Virus record (IMG/VR): IMGVR_UViG_3300043811_000019
Span: 1-44,770 of that record
Length of the DNA stretch: 44,770 nucleotides
Source of the DNA: a virus
Taxonomy: Duplodnaviria; Caudoviricetes
Reading direction: 5' to 3' (one strand)
The notes under the pieces are model-generated. The model was not told the origin of the DNA. It searched no databases and worked only from the letters and a program-made list of their open reading frames with translations. Below are positions 8,790 to 17,830 of the stretch, in pieces (position 1 is the stretch's first letter; each line of letters opens with the position of its first letter). The translations under genes were made by a program, and so were the position numbers.

Positions 8790-9836
8790 ATGGCACTTTT
8801 AAGCGGTAAATTCCCCACCTTGCCTGAGCTGATGAAGCTCTTGACCGGCGGGGGCGAATTCGCCCGTTCCGTCGATATGATGAGACAGGCGAACGAAATC
8901 CTGGACGTGATGACTTGGATGCCCTGCAACCAGGGTGACGAGCACATGATCCTTCAATCCATCAGCCTGCCCACGGTTTACGAAGCGATGATTAACCGTG
9001 GCGTCGTACCCTCTGATGGAACCGACCAGAACCTCTACGAGCCCACCGCAACGTTCCGCACTTGGCAGGAAATTGATGCCGATGCCGCAGAACTGACCGG
9101 CGACCCGGCGAAGGTCATGGCCAACAAATCCCGTAAACACCGCCAAGCACACGCCCGGAACTTCGTTTCGAGCTTGTTCTATGGCAACAGCCTGACCGAT
9201 CCCGATGCTTTCCCTGGATTGGCACAGCGCTATTCAAACCCCACGGACCAGAACGGCCAGAACATCATTGATGCTGGTGGAACGGGTTCGGCCAACGGTT
9301 CGATCTGGCTGATCGGATTCGGGGAAGATGCCGTTTCCGGCCTCTATCCCGAACACACGATTGCCGGGTTGCAAACCGAGGACAAGGGCAAAGTGACCAA
9401 GGAAAACGCGGACGGCACCACGGATTCTCTCCGTGACGTGTACCGTGCCAAGTTCTCTTGGCATTGCGGCCTTGTGGTTGAGGACTGGAAATGGTGCGCC
9501 CGTATCTGCAACATCGACCGGGTGAACATTCTGGCCCAAAACGCCTCGGCAGCCAATCTTCTCCAGTTGACGGAAGACGCCCTTTATTGCCTGCCCTCAA
9601 CGGCGGTAATGACGGACGCCAACACCAACGGACGCCGGATGGGATGGTTTATGGATCGCTTCATGCGGAAGATGATCGACCGTCAATCCAGGCTCCAGGT
9701 CATGGCTGGCGGGCAGTTGGATTACGTGGTGGTTGATGGAGTTCGCCGGAAGGCCCTCCATGGAATCCCCATGTACACCGTTGACCAATTGGCGACGGAC
9801 GAGACTCGGGTGGTTGGTTCAACCCCGATTTTTTAA
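8790..9836 (+). CDS. Major capsid protein (BPP-1 Bbp17-like, HK97 fold)
   Basis: NEILD.M.W..CN, LFYGN...DP.AF.GLA.RY, IDAGGTGS.N.SIWL, W.CGL.V.DW....RICNID and GIP...VD motifs. Confidence 0.93.
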   Translation: MALLSGKFPTLPELMKLLTGGGEFARSVDMMRQANEILDVMTWMPCNQGDEHMILQSISLPTVYEAMINRGVVPSDGTDQNLYEPTATFRTWQEIDADAAELTGDPAKVMANKSRKHRQAHARNFVSSLFYGNSLTDPDAFPGLAQRYSNPTDQNGQNIIDAGGTGSANGSIWLIGFGEDAVSGLYPEHTIAGLQTEDKGKVTKENADGTTDSLRDVYRAKFSWHCGLVVEDWKWCARICNIDRVNILAQNASAANLLQLTEDALYCLPSTAVMTDANTNGRRMGWFMDRFMRKMIDRQSRLQVMAGGQLDYVVVDGVRRKALHGIPMYTVDQLATDETRVVGSTPIF

Positions 9837-9954
9837 GTCGTAAGCTAACCCGGTTCCGGGAGGGAAACCTCCCGGGCCACATTGAGGACGCAGTAGATGG
9901 ACTCGATCCTGGTTCGGTGGGCTGACCATCACAAGCCCGCAAAGGAAAAATAAT

Positions 9955-10413
9955 ATGCCACGCAGAGACGCAAAAACGTTCTTGTCGGAGAATCAGGCGG
10001 TGACGGCCCAGGCCGTTTCCACCAATTCCATTTCAAAGGGGATTGCCCAGGCGCAGATCAATACGGCGGCTAAACCGCTGTTTTGCTTCGTCGAAGTGGT
10101 AACCACCCTAACGGATGGAGGGACAAACGCTGGGACGAATGTTGACCTGATCGACGCCGCTTCTTCGGATTTGGTGACGACCAGCCAAACGGTTTTACAG
10201 GCCGCTTTCATGCCTATAATCCCGCAAGCCACCGTTGCCGGCACGAAGTTTGGGGCGATGATCCCGACGGTTCCGAGTACCCATCTTTATTGGGGTATCC
10301 GCTACTCGCCGGTCACGGCCAACCTTACCGGTGGGGCTTTTACCGCTTGGGTTTCTAACCAACGGGAACTGGCCAACTACGCGCCTCCCAGCTACTTGAT
10401 CTTGAGCACCTGA
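9955..10413 (+). CDS. Capsid cement protein (Bbp16-like)
   Basis: D...FLSENQAVTA.AVSTN N-terminus and Y.GIRY......TGGAFTA C-terminus; follows the major capsid gene. Confidence 0.8.
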   Translation: MPRRDAKTFLSENQAVTAQAVSTNSISKGIAQAQINTAAKPLFCFVEVVTTLTDGGTNAGTNVDLIDAASSDLVTTSQTVLQAAFMPIIPQATVAGTKFGAMIPTVPSTHLYWGIRYSPVTANLTGGAFTAWVSNQRELANYAPPSYLILST

Positions 10414-10445
10414 GATTAACGGCTAAGGAGCGCTTGGAGAAGAAC

Positions 10446-10485
10446 GGGGGCTTTCGGTTTAAACGCTGGAAGCCCCTTATTTTTT
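10446..10485 (+). terminator. Rho-independent terminator after the capsid genes
   Basis: GGGGCTTTCGG/CTGGAAGCCCC stem followed by TTATTTTTT. Confidence 0.7.
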
Positions 10486-10507
10486 GCGGGGCAAGAAAGA
10501 GGAGACC

Positions 10508-10972
10508 ATGAGAGTCGTAGCCATTGAGGGAAGAATCAACCGGATGAACGGGGAGTACGCCGGATTCTACGGTGATGAGATGTTGAACCAAAAGCGCCGG
10601 AAGTTCGGGGAGTCTTTCAACATCCGGGATGATGAGACCAGTACGGAAAATCGGATGATTGCCGGCAAGCAACACATGAGCGAGCGCGAGGAACGGCAAG
10701 ACCACGTGAACCAAAAGCTCGTTAAGTTCAACACCGCCGCTGACCGGGATGCTTATATCAAGTACCGTGATTTCGCCCCGTGGATGACCTTGGACTTGTC
10801 CTACAAACCGGCCCCGATTGTCCGGAAGGAACAAGGGAAAATCAGGACCGTGGATTCCCATGATGACGCTGACACAAGGGTTCCGGCTTTGGAGCCGTTA
10901 CCTGAAGGCGGCTATGCGGAAGAACCGGGAGCAGTCGCAACGAAACTCAAGAAGAAAGCTTCTGGCAAGTAA
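10508..10972 (+). CDS. Hypothetical head-associated protein
   Basis: GAGGAG RBS; MRVVAI...GFYG...R..GE.F and W motifs of post-capsid podovirus genes. Confidence 0.65.
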   Translation: MRVVAIEGRINRMNGEYAGFYGDEMLNQKRRKFGESFNIRDDETSTENRMIAGKQHMSEREERQDHVNQKLVKFNTAADRDAYIKYRDFAPWMTLDLSYKPAPIVRKEQGKIRTVDSHDDADTRVPALEPLPEGGYAEEPGAVATKLKKKASGK

Positions 10973-10995
10973 GACGGCCTTTTAAACAACCATGG

Positions 10996-11026
10996 AAGGC
11001 CATCGGTATCGGTGGCCTTTTCTTTT
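10996..11026 (+). terminator. Rho-independent terminator
   Basis: AAGGCCATCG-GTAT-CGGTGGCCTT followed by TTCTTTT. Confidence 0.7.
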
Positions 11027-11038
11027 GCAGGGGGATGA

Positions 11039-11722
11039 ATGCAGTCAATCACAGACCTAGCCAATTACGCCCTAGCCCAGATAGGCGAGGGATTCAGGAT
11101 CACGGATTTTGACGACGACCAAAGTGCAGAGGGACAAGCCTGCCGGGATACCTACCAGGGACTACTTGAGGAAAAACTAAGGGAGAGACGGTGGAATAGG
11201 TTCGTTATGAAAGCGCCGTTAGCTCTTGTCGCCACCAATCCCAATCCTGTTTGGGGATTCTCGTACCGTTATCCATCGAACTGCCTTGACTTCCACCGCA
11301 TCCTTAACGGGGACCGAAGCGGCCTAGATGTTCATTGGGTGGTATTCGAGCTTTCAAGCGATTCCCAGGGCCTTCTAATATTCACGGATTGGGGCTTTAC
11401 TTCAACGGTTCCTGGCGTACCCCCTGGTACGGTCTATGGGGAATGGACAGTCCAAAATCCGCCTTTGAACCTATGGGCCTCTGATTTCAAGACAGCCTTC
11501 GCATTCGAGTGGGCTTCCATCATGGCACCGTTCATCCTCAAGAATTCAAGTCCCTCCACAGTTGCCCGATTGAAGATGGAAGCGGCGAGGAAATGGATTC
11601 GTGCTAAGTCCACGGACTACCGGGAACAGATTCTTGATAAGCGGCCTGTTTCAAGGATTCAACGGGCAAGGGGTTCAGGAAGAAGGTTCACGGGCAGATA
11701 TACCGATGAACCGGCCCAATAA
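11039..11722 (+). CDS. Head-tail adaptor (tail tubular protein A-like)
   Basis: S..DLAN.AL..IG...I..FD..S.E...C...Y and W...Y.YP..CL motifs. Confidence 0.85.
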   Translation: MQSITDLANYALAQIGEGFRITDFDDDQSAEGQACRDTYQGLLEEKLRERRWNRFVMKAPLALVATNPNPVWGFSYRYPSNCLDFHRILNGDRSGLDVHWVVFELSSDSQGLLIFTDWGFTSTVPGVPPGTVYGEWTVQNPPLNLWASDFKTAFAFEWASIMAPFILKNSSPSTVARLKMEAARKWIRAKSTDYREQILDKRPVSRIQRARGSGRRFTGRYTDEPAQ

Positions 11723-12324
11723 TGAGATATGCCCTTATTTTATTTTTTACCGCGTCAGTCGCGTTAGGAGCGAATACGCCTACGAAAACCCCAACTTCCA
11801 CGGCAACCAAGACCCCTACTGCCACACCTACTTTTACTAAAACGAATACGCCCACATTTACTTTTACGGCCACATTTACTCCCACCAAGACGCCGACACT
11901 TACTCCATCTTTCACGCCCACCAATACTCCGACATTCACACCCACAAATACTTTTACTGCCACGTGGACCCCGAGTTCGACATTGACCAATACAGCAACG
12001 AACACGGCTACGAATACTACGACAGCAACACCCACCAGTACACCGACGAATACCACGACGAATACGGCCACCAGCACAGCCACAATAACTCCCACCAACA
12101 CCCCAACGAATACCACTACCAACACCACGACACCGACCATGACTAACACAACCACTGACACTCCAACCAACACGGCAACTTTTACAATCACCCAAACTCC
12201 GACCCCAACTTATACGCCAACGATTACTCCCACGCCTCAGCCTGTAATACCAACCCCTACACCGTCACCCTCACCTTGCCCCGATTATATTTACAAGAAT
12301 AAATGCTCGATGTGCTGGAACTGA
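11722..12324 (+). CDS. Signal-peptide-bearing Thr/Pro-rich mucin-like protein
   Basis: [17 protein letters not shown] signal peptide, ~165 aa of TPTxTx repeats, C-terminal [15 protein letters not shown]; tightly coupled to both neighbours. Confidence 0.8.
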   Translation: MRYALILFFTASVALGANTPTKTPTSTATKTPTATPTFTKTNTPTFTFTATFTPTKTPTLTPSFTPTNTPTFTPTNTFTATWTPSSTLTNTATNTATNTTTATPTSTPTNTTTNTATSTATITPTNTPTNTTTNTTTPTMTNTTTDTPTNTATFTITQTPTPTYTPTITPTPQPVIPTPTPSPSPCPDYIYKNKCSMCWN

Positions 12325-12325
12325 A

Positions 12326-15300
12326 ATGACCGACCTTATTAAACGACATGGAGCCGGGGGAGAACTTAGCCCAGCTATTGGGGCGATGGTTGACCTTCAA
12401 AAGTACGGGCAGGGATGGGCCGCACAAAGGAACATGTGGACGAACAGGTCAGGGATTCCAGAGGACCGCCCAGGGTTCTCGTATGTCGCCTCAACCAAGA
12501 TTCCTGGGAATACTAGCCGTTTGATTTCTTGGTGCTATTCCGCAGAACAAACCTACATGCTCGAATTCGGGGACAAGTACATCCGCTTCCACCAGAACGG
12601 GGCTCCTATCCTGGTCTCTAATGTCCCGGCTTACTCAAGCACGGGTGTCTATGCGATTGGGTCATTGGTGTCATCAGGCGGGGTTAATTATTATTGCGTC
12701 CTGGGAACATCCGGCAATGCCCCGCCTAACGCCACCTACTGGTATCCGTTGACTGGAAATATCTATGAAATCCCAAGCCCATACGCCTATGCCGACCTTC
12801 CACTCCTGAAGAAGTTCCAATCCCTTGATGTGATGTGGCTCCTGCATCCGAGCTACAGGCCGGCAAACCTAAACCGATTCGGCCAAACCAATTGGACATA
12901 CACGCCTTTGCTTTTCCTGCCAAGTCAGTCTTCATTAACAACCGATTTGGGTGCAACAGCTGGAGCGGGAGGCACACAAGTTAATAATTATTTAGTTACA
13001 ACCGAGAATCTCTATACCGGGGAAGAAAGTTTACCTGGAACCACATTTAATCCTGGTTCCACAATTTCTAAAGCAGTTTCCAGCGCTTATTTGGGAGATG
13101 ATACCCAAGGCCATTACACTTTTATAACAACCTCAACGGCACATGGATTAACAAATGGAACAGTCGTCCAATTTAACAATCCCATAAAACTCGCCTCGAA
13201 TCCATATATTTACATTGCGAGGTCAGGGACAAATTATGTAGCGACTGTTTTGAGTGCGACCGAATTTATAGTTTTAGCTTTTGAGGGGAATGCTTCGGGA
13301 GCCGGAAGTGTACCTGGCGGGACAGATGTCACTTACGCTGGGATAGCAACATCGAATTTGATAACAGCGATAAATTTAACGAATCCAGTGCAAATAACCG
13401 CAGTTGGACATGGGCTTTCTTCTGGAGCATTAGTCGGTATTTCTCAAACCGGAATCACCCAACTCGATAATCGGACATTCGTGGTTACTGTTGTTGACGC
13501 TAATAATGTCCAACTCAACGGCGTGGATGGAACAAATTACGATGTTTGGCCTGCGCCTCAAACTGGAATCATTGCCGCTTGTTCTGTTTCTATAACTTCT
13601 GCGGTTCCAACAACAACAACCCCCAATAAAGTCACTTGGGTAACTCCCGCAACCCAGCCATCCGGCCAAGCCGTGGTCTATCATATTTACGGTTCACTGG
13701 ACGGAGTGGTGTTCGGATATCTCGGGAGTTCCTATACCGAAACCTATTACGATGTTGGCCTTCCCATTGACTTTACCAATCAACCGCCAATAGCTTCCTA
13801 CGCTTTCCTTTCCCCAAACAATTTCCCATCGGTAGGAACGATCTATCAGGACCGGGTTGTTCTGGCAAAGACGGTGAATCAACCCACGGGCGTGTGGGCC
13901 TCCCAAGATGGTTACTACAACAACTTTGGGATTCCCCAGACTCCCACGGATTCAGACGCTATCCAGTTCAACCTCCAAAACGACAACGGGGCTGTGGTTC
14001 AAGAGTTCGTGGAGATAGGGCTTCTCTTAATAGCCTCCGACCAGTCCGAATACCTGATCTTCGGGGATCCAAGCGGGAATTTCCTTCCATCGGCCATAAA
14101 CCCGAGAAAACAAGCTTTCAATGGGTTCTCCACCCTCAAGCCGTTAATCTGCAACAAGAATGCCCTTTTTGTGCAAGCCAGGGGCTCCCAGGTGCGGGAT
14201 TTACAGCTCCAGACGACCTTCTACACCTTCATCCAGGGATCGGACGACTTATCCCAATTCGCCCAGCACCTATTGGACGGCCACACGATAACGGCATGGG
14301 ACTACCAGAAAATCTACAACTCCATCGCTTGGATGGTTCGGGAAGACGGGATGCTCTTAGGCCTGACCTATATCAAGGAGCAGGACATCGTAGCTTGGCA
14401 CCGGCACGATTCACAGAACGGATTCTTTGAGGATGTGGCGGTCATTGCCGAAGGCGGGGAAGACATGGTTTATGCCACGGTTCGCCGGGTCATCAACGGC
14501 CAGACGGTCCGGTTTATCGAGCGGATGAACACGAGGACAATCAGCGATTTGCAGGACTTCAAGTTTGCCGATGCCATGAGCACCTTTGACGGGCGCAATA
14601 CCGGCACGACAACTATGACTCTTTCCGGTGGTTCCCAATGGCTCAACACCGAGCTTTTAACCTTAACAGCCAGCGCACCTTTCTTCGACGGCTCTGATGC
14701 CGGTGGGCTTTATGGGAAAGGGGGAGGCGGAAACCAAATCTACCTAACCGGCCCGGATGGAACTGTGCTTCGTTTCCGTATCGTAAATTTCACCGACACC
14801 CAACACGTTCAAGGCCGGGTTCAAAAGACCGTCCCAGCTTCCATGCGAAACGTGGCCCTGACAACGTGGTCAAAAGCGGTTGGAACACTCATCAACATGG
14901 ACTACCTTGACGGCCAGAACGTTGCTGTCTTAGGGGATGGGTTTGAACTGGCGAATCCCTTGGACCCTAAGAAACCTGTCTTGACCGTCAACAATGGGGT
15001 GGTAGTTCTTCCCAGGCCGGCCGCTGTCATCCAAGTCGGGCTTCCCATCATCCGCGACCTTCAAACATTGAACGTGGACAATCCGCAAGGCGAAAGCATA
15101 TCCGACAAACGAATGATCTTTCGGGAAGTGGCAATCAAGGTTATGGCTTCCCTTGGTTTCTTCACGGGTCCGGCCTTCCCATCCTCAACGGACTCAAACG
15201 TCACAGATGGAATGATCGAGGCTAAGGTAAGGACGATTGAGCCACTTGGTAGCACAACAGCACTTCAAACCCAGACCATTCCTGTTAAAATCCCTGGGAG

Positions 15301-15412
15301 ATGGAACAGCACAGGACAAATTTGTATCCGGCATATTCGGATGACTCCGTTATCGGTCCTCTCGGTTCTCTTTGGCGGGAACCTGCCGGAACCGGATCAA
15401 GGCGGTAAATAA
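12326..15412 (+). CDS. Tail nozzle (tail tubular protein B / Bbp13-like) with inserted domains
   Basis: GGELSP....VDL.KY, RPG..YV, Y.LEFG..YIRF, QS.DV, FPS....YQDR, TY..EQ...AWHRH and RF(I)ER motifs. Confidence 0.9.
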   Translation: MTDLIKRHGAGGELSPAIGAMVDLQKYGQGWAAQRNMWTNRSGIPEDRPGFSYVASTKIPGNTSRLISWCYSAEQTYMLEFGDKYIRFHQNGAPILVSNVPAYSSTGVYAIGSLVSSGGVNYYCVLGTSGNAPPNATYWYPLTGNIYEIPSPYAYADLPLLKKFQSLDVMWLLHPSYRPANLNRFGQTNWTYTPLLFLPSQSSLTTDLGATAGAGGTQVNNYLVTTENLYTGEESLPGTTFNPGSTISKAVSSAYLGDDTQGHYTFITTSTAHGLTNGTVVQFNNPIKLASNPYIYIARSGTNYVATVLSATEFIVLAFEGNASGAGSVPGGTDVTYAGIATSNLITAINLTNPVQITAVGHGLSSGALVGISQTGITQLDNRTFVVTVVDANNVQLNGVDGTNYDVWPAPQTGIIAACSVSITSAVPTTTTPNKVTWVTPATQPSGQAVVYHIYGSLDGVVFGYLGSSYTETYYDVGLPIDFTNQPPIASYAFLSPNNFPSVGTIYQDRVVLAKTVNQPTGVWASQDGYYNNFGIPQTPTDSDAIQFNLQNDNGAVVQEFVEIGLLLIASDQSEYLIFGDPSGNFLPSAINPRKQAFNGFSTLKPLICNKNALFVQARGSQVRDLQLQTTFYTFIQGSDDLSQFAQHLLDGHTITAWDYQKIYNSIAWMVREDGMLLGLTYIKEQDIVAWHRHDSQNGFFEDVAVIAEGGEDMVYATVRRVINGQTVRFIERMNTRTISDLQDFKFADAMSTFDGRNTGTTTMTLSGGSQWLNTELLTLTASAPFFDGSDAGGLYGKGGGGNQIYLTGPDGTVLRFRIVNFTDTQHVQGRVQKTVPASMRNVALTTWSKAVGTLINMDYLDGQNVAVLGDGFELANPLDPKKPVLTVNNGVVVLPRPAAVIQVGLPIIRDLQTLNVDNPQGESISDKRMIFREVAIKVMASLGFFTGPAFPSSTDSNVTDGMIEAKVRTIEPLGSTTALQTQTIPVKIPGRWNSTGQICIRHIRMTPLSVLSVLFGGNLPEPDQGGK

Positions 15413-15413
15413 A

Positions 15414-16028
15414 ATGAGTAATATCGCAGGAGCAATGCAAATAGGGCAGGGAGTCGGAGCAGTCGTTTCCGGTATCACCCAATCCAATGCCGCGAATATG
15501 CAGGGCGAATACGCCCAACAGCAATTTGACACCGAAGCCCAGTTAGCCCAGCTCCAGGGTGAAGCCGCGGGCATTGAGGGTCAGACCGCCTTAGAGGCCC
15601 AAGGACTTCAAGCGGCAAGGGAAATGGGGCAGGCCCGGGCTTCTTTCGCAGGACAAGGCATAACCTCAAATAGCGGTTCTGCTGTCGCTGAGGAAGGGGC
15701 AATTACAGCCATTGACGCCAAGAACGCATCTACGCTTAAAAACCAGATTTGGCAGAAACAATTCGGGTATTCCTTCCAGTCCATGGAGGACATCAACCAA
15801 GGAGCTATGGCCCGGATCACAGGACAGACGAACGCCAATGCGGAGTTAACGAGCGGGATTTTAAGTGGGATCAATTACGGCGCGAAGGCTGGGGAGAGTT
15901 TCTATCAAGCCTCAAAACCTACAATCCCATCTGGTGGACCAAGTACTGCGATATCCAATACAACGGCTGATGAAGCGATGAATGAATATTGGGCACAACA
16001 AAGCGGAGCGCCAGGAGCGGGATCATGA
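15414..16028 (+). CDS. Internal virion/ejection protein (T7 gp14-like)
   Basis: Gly/Ala/Gln-rich; G.ARA.FA..G.....GSA motif; follows the nozzle. Confidence 0.75.
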   Translation: MSNIAGAMQIGQGVGAVVSGITQSNAANMQGEYAQQQFDTEAQLAQLQGEAAGIEGQTALEAQGLQAAREMGQARASFAGQGITSNSGSAVAEEGAITAIDAKNASTLKNQIWQKQFGYSFQSMEDINQGAMARITGQTNANAELTSGILSGINYGAKAGESFYQASKPTIPSGGPSTAISNTTADEAMNEYWAQQSGAPGAGS

Positions 16029-17830
16029 GAGAACTAGGCGTACCACAGCCAGACATCAATCCAGGTTCTTCTCAATTCCCAGCCATGCACGTTCCTACCG
16101 AGGCTCCCGCTGCCGCATTTGGTGGCGGTTCGGAAGTAGCTGGGGCATTCAAGGCCGGACAGGAACTTTCCGATACCATCTCAGGAATCGCCGAGAAACA
16201 CCAACAGCAAGCCAACCAGGTCATGCACACGGACATTGACACCCAATTGGCGGGACTTCAAGCCAAGGTTCAAGTGCAAGCCCAACAGATGCGCGGTAAG
16301 GACGCAATGGGCGCCCAAGCCATGGCCCAGAACGCATGGAGCCAAGGCGTATCCGAAATCCTGAAACAAGCCCAACCCAATCAGGATGTTTACCGCTCGG
16401 TATCAGCCTCAGCCGCAGCTCGTGGGATGGCCTTGAATGATGCCGTTCACCAACACGCCACGAGTGAGCTTTTTCAGTACGAGAACAACCAGACGGTTGC
16501 TGGAATCAAGGGAGCCCAGAACCTAGCGGCCATCAATGCGAACGATCCACAGGCTGTAGGCCGTGAGATGGGCCAGATTGAAACCCTGGCAACACAATAT
16601 TTCAAGCGGAACGGAATTGACCCAGATTCGGACTCGGGTAAGGAATTCATCCAGACCCAGAAGTCAGGAACCTATCGGGCAGTTATTGACGAGGCGATCA
16701 AGGCGAACAACTTCAATGGGGCTCAAGCTTATTTCGACCAAGCCAAGAAAGAAAACAACTTGACGGCAGAGGACTTAGATCACCTGAATACCCAAATGCA
16801 ACAGGCCAAGATTTCCAACACGGTCCTGCAAGTCTTCAACGCCAACAAGAAAAACACCTTACCTGGAGGCATCCCGAACGGGGCGAAGATGGAAGCGGAT
16901 GTTGATAAGCTGACCGACTTGAACGACAAGGAAAAGGTGGACGTGAAAACAGGACTCTACGAAATGAGCCTTCATCAACAGAGGCTTATCGCAGAGCAGG
17001 ATGTGGCCCGTCAAAGAGGATTCGAAAACCAGATTCTTCAAGCCAGGAAGAACAACCCGAACCTTTCTATGGCCCAAATGACTCAAATGGCTAACGTAGG
17101 TTTCAAGGACCAAGTGGATTTGAGGAACCGCATGAACTTCATCCAAAACGAGGTTGCGCCCAAAGACAGCGATAACGACACTTTCAACCGGCTCTATGAT
17201 GGAATCCACAGAGGGGAAATCACGGACAAGTCCGACATCGACACGGCTTACAATAACGGGAAGATCAACAATAAAGACTATAAAGTCCTGACCGATTCCT
17301 ATGTTACGAACATCACCGAGGGGAAGAACCCCGCTACTCAAATGGCCTTGAGTGAGATCCAGAAGAACGCGGTTTCTGATTTGCCCAATGCCAAGGATAG
17401 GGCCCAATACCTAGCCGTGGTTAAGCGGGAAGCCGGTGGGAAGACCCCGGAAGAACTCAGGAAGTTTGCCCAGGATGAACTCGGAACCCACAAGGAGAAA
17501 GGGCGTCTCTGGGGAACCAATGACGTTAAGAACTGGAAGACGGACTTCCAGAAGAACCAGGCCGAGGATACAGCATTCGGGAAACTTCATGAGGATGTAG
17601 GCGTCTCCCAGATCAACGGAATCATTGATGGGTTCGCAAGGACCGAGAACGGACGGAAAGCCGGACTGACTGAGATTTCACAATTTGCGGATTCAGTTGG
17701 AGGGTACAACAACCTTAAAACTGGACAGCCAGCCAATAACGCCATTCAATCCATCCTCAAGCGTGGAGGAGTGGTGACACCCGCATCCGTCAATGCCGTG
17801 TTAAAGATTAAAAAAGACGGCATCTTTTAA
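16025..17830 (+). CDS. Internal virion/ejection protein (second)
   Basis: Helical; AFG.G and GKDA N-terminal motifs; synteny. Confidence 0.7.
   Translation: MRELGVPQPDINPGSSQFPAMHVPTEAPAAAFGGGSEVAGAFKAGQELSDTISGIAEKHQQQANQVMHTDIDTQLAGLQAKVQVQAQQMRGKDAMGAQAMAQNAWSQGVSEILKQAQPNQDVYRSVSASAAARGMALNDAVHQHATSELFQYENNQTVAGIKGAQNLAAINANDPQAVGREMGQIETLATQYFKRNGIDPDSDSGKEFIQTQKSGTYRAVIDEAIKANNFNGAQAYFDQAKKENNLTAEDLDHLNTQMQQAKISNTVLQVFNANKKNTLPGGIPNGAKMEADVDKLTDLNDKEKVDVKTGLYEMSLHQQRLIAEQDVARQRGFENQILQARKNNPNLSMAQMTQMANVGFKDQVDLRNRMNFIQNEVAPKDSDNDTFNRLYDGIHRGEITDKSDIDTAYNNGKINNKDYKVLTDSYVTNITEGKNPATQMALSEIQKNAVSDLPNAKDRAQYLAVVKREAGGKTPEELRKFAQDELGTHKEKGRLWGTNDVKNWKTDFQKNQAEDTAFGKLHEDVGVSQINGIIDGFARTENGRKAGLTEISQFADSVGGYNNLKTGQPANNAIQSILKRGGVVTPASVNAVLKIKKDGIF

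Noticed and set aside
11688-12195. Minus-strand Val/Gly-rich and Arg/Cys-rich ORFs
   Set aside because: Antisense shadows of the Thr/Pro repeat gene.
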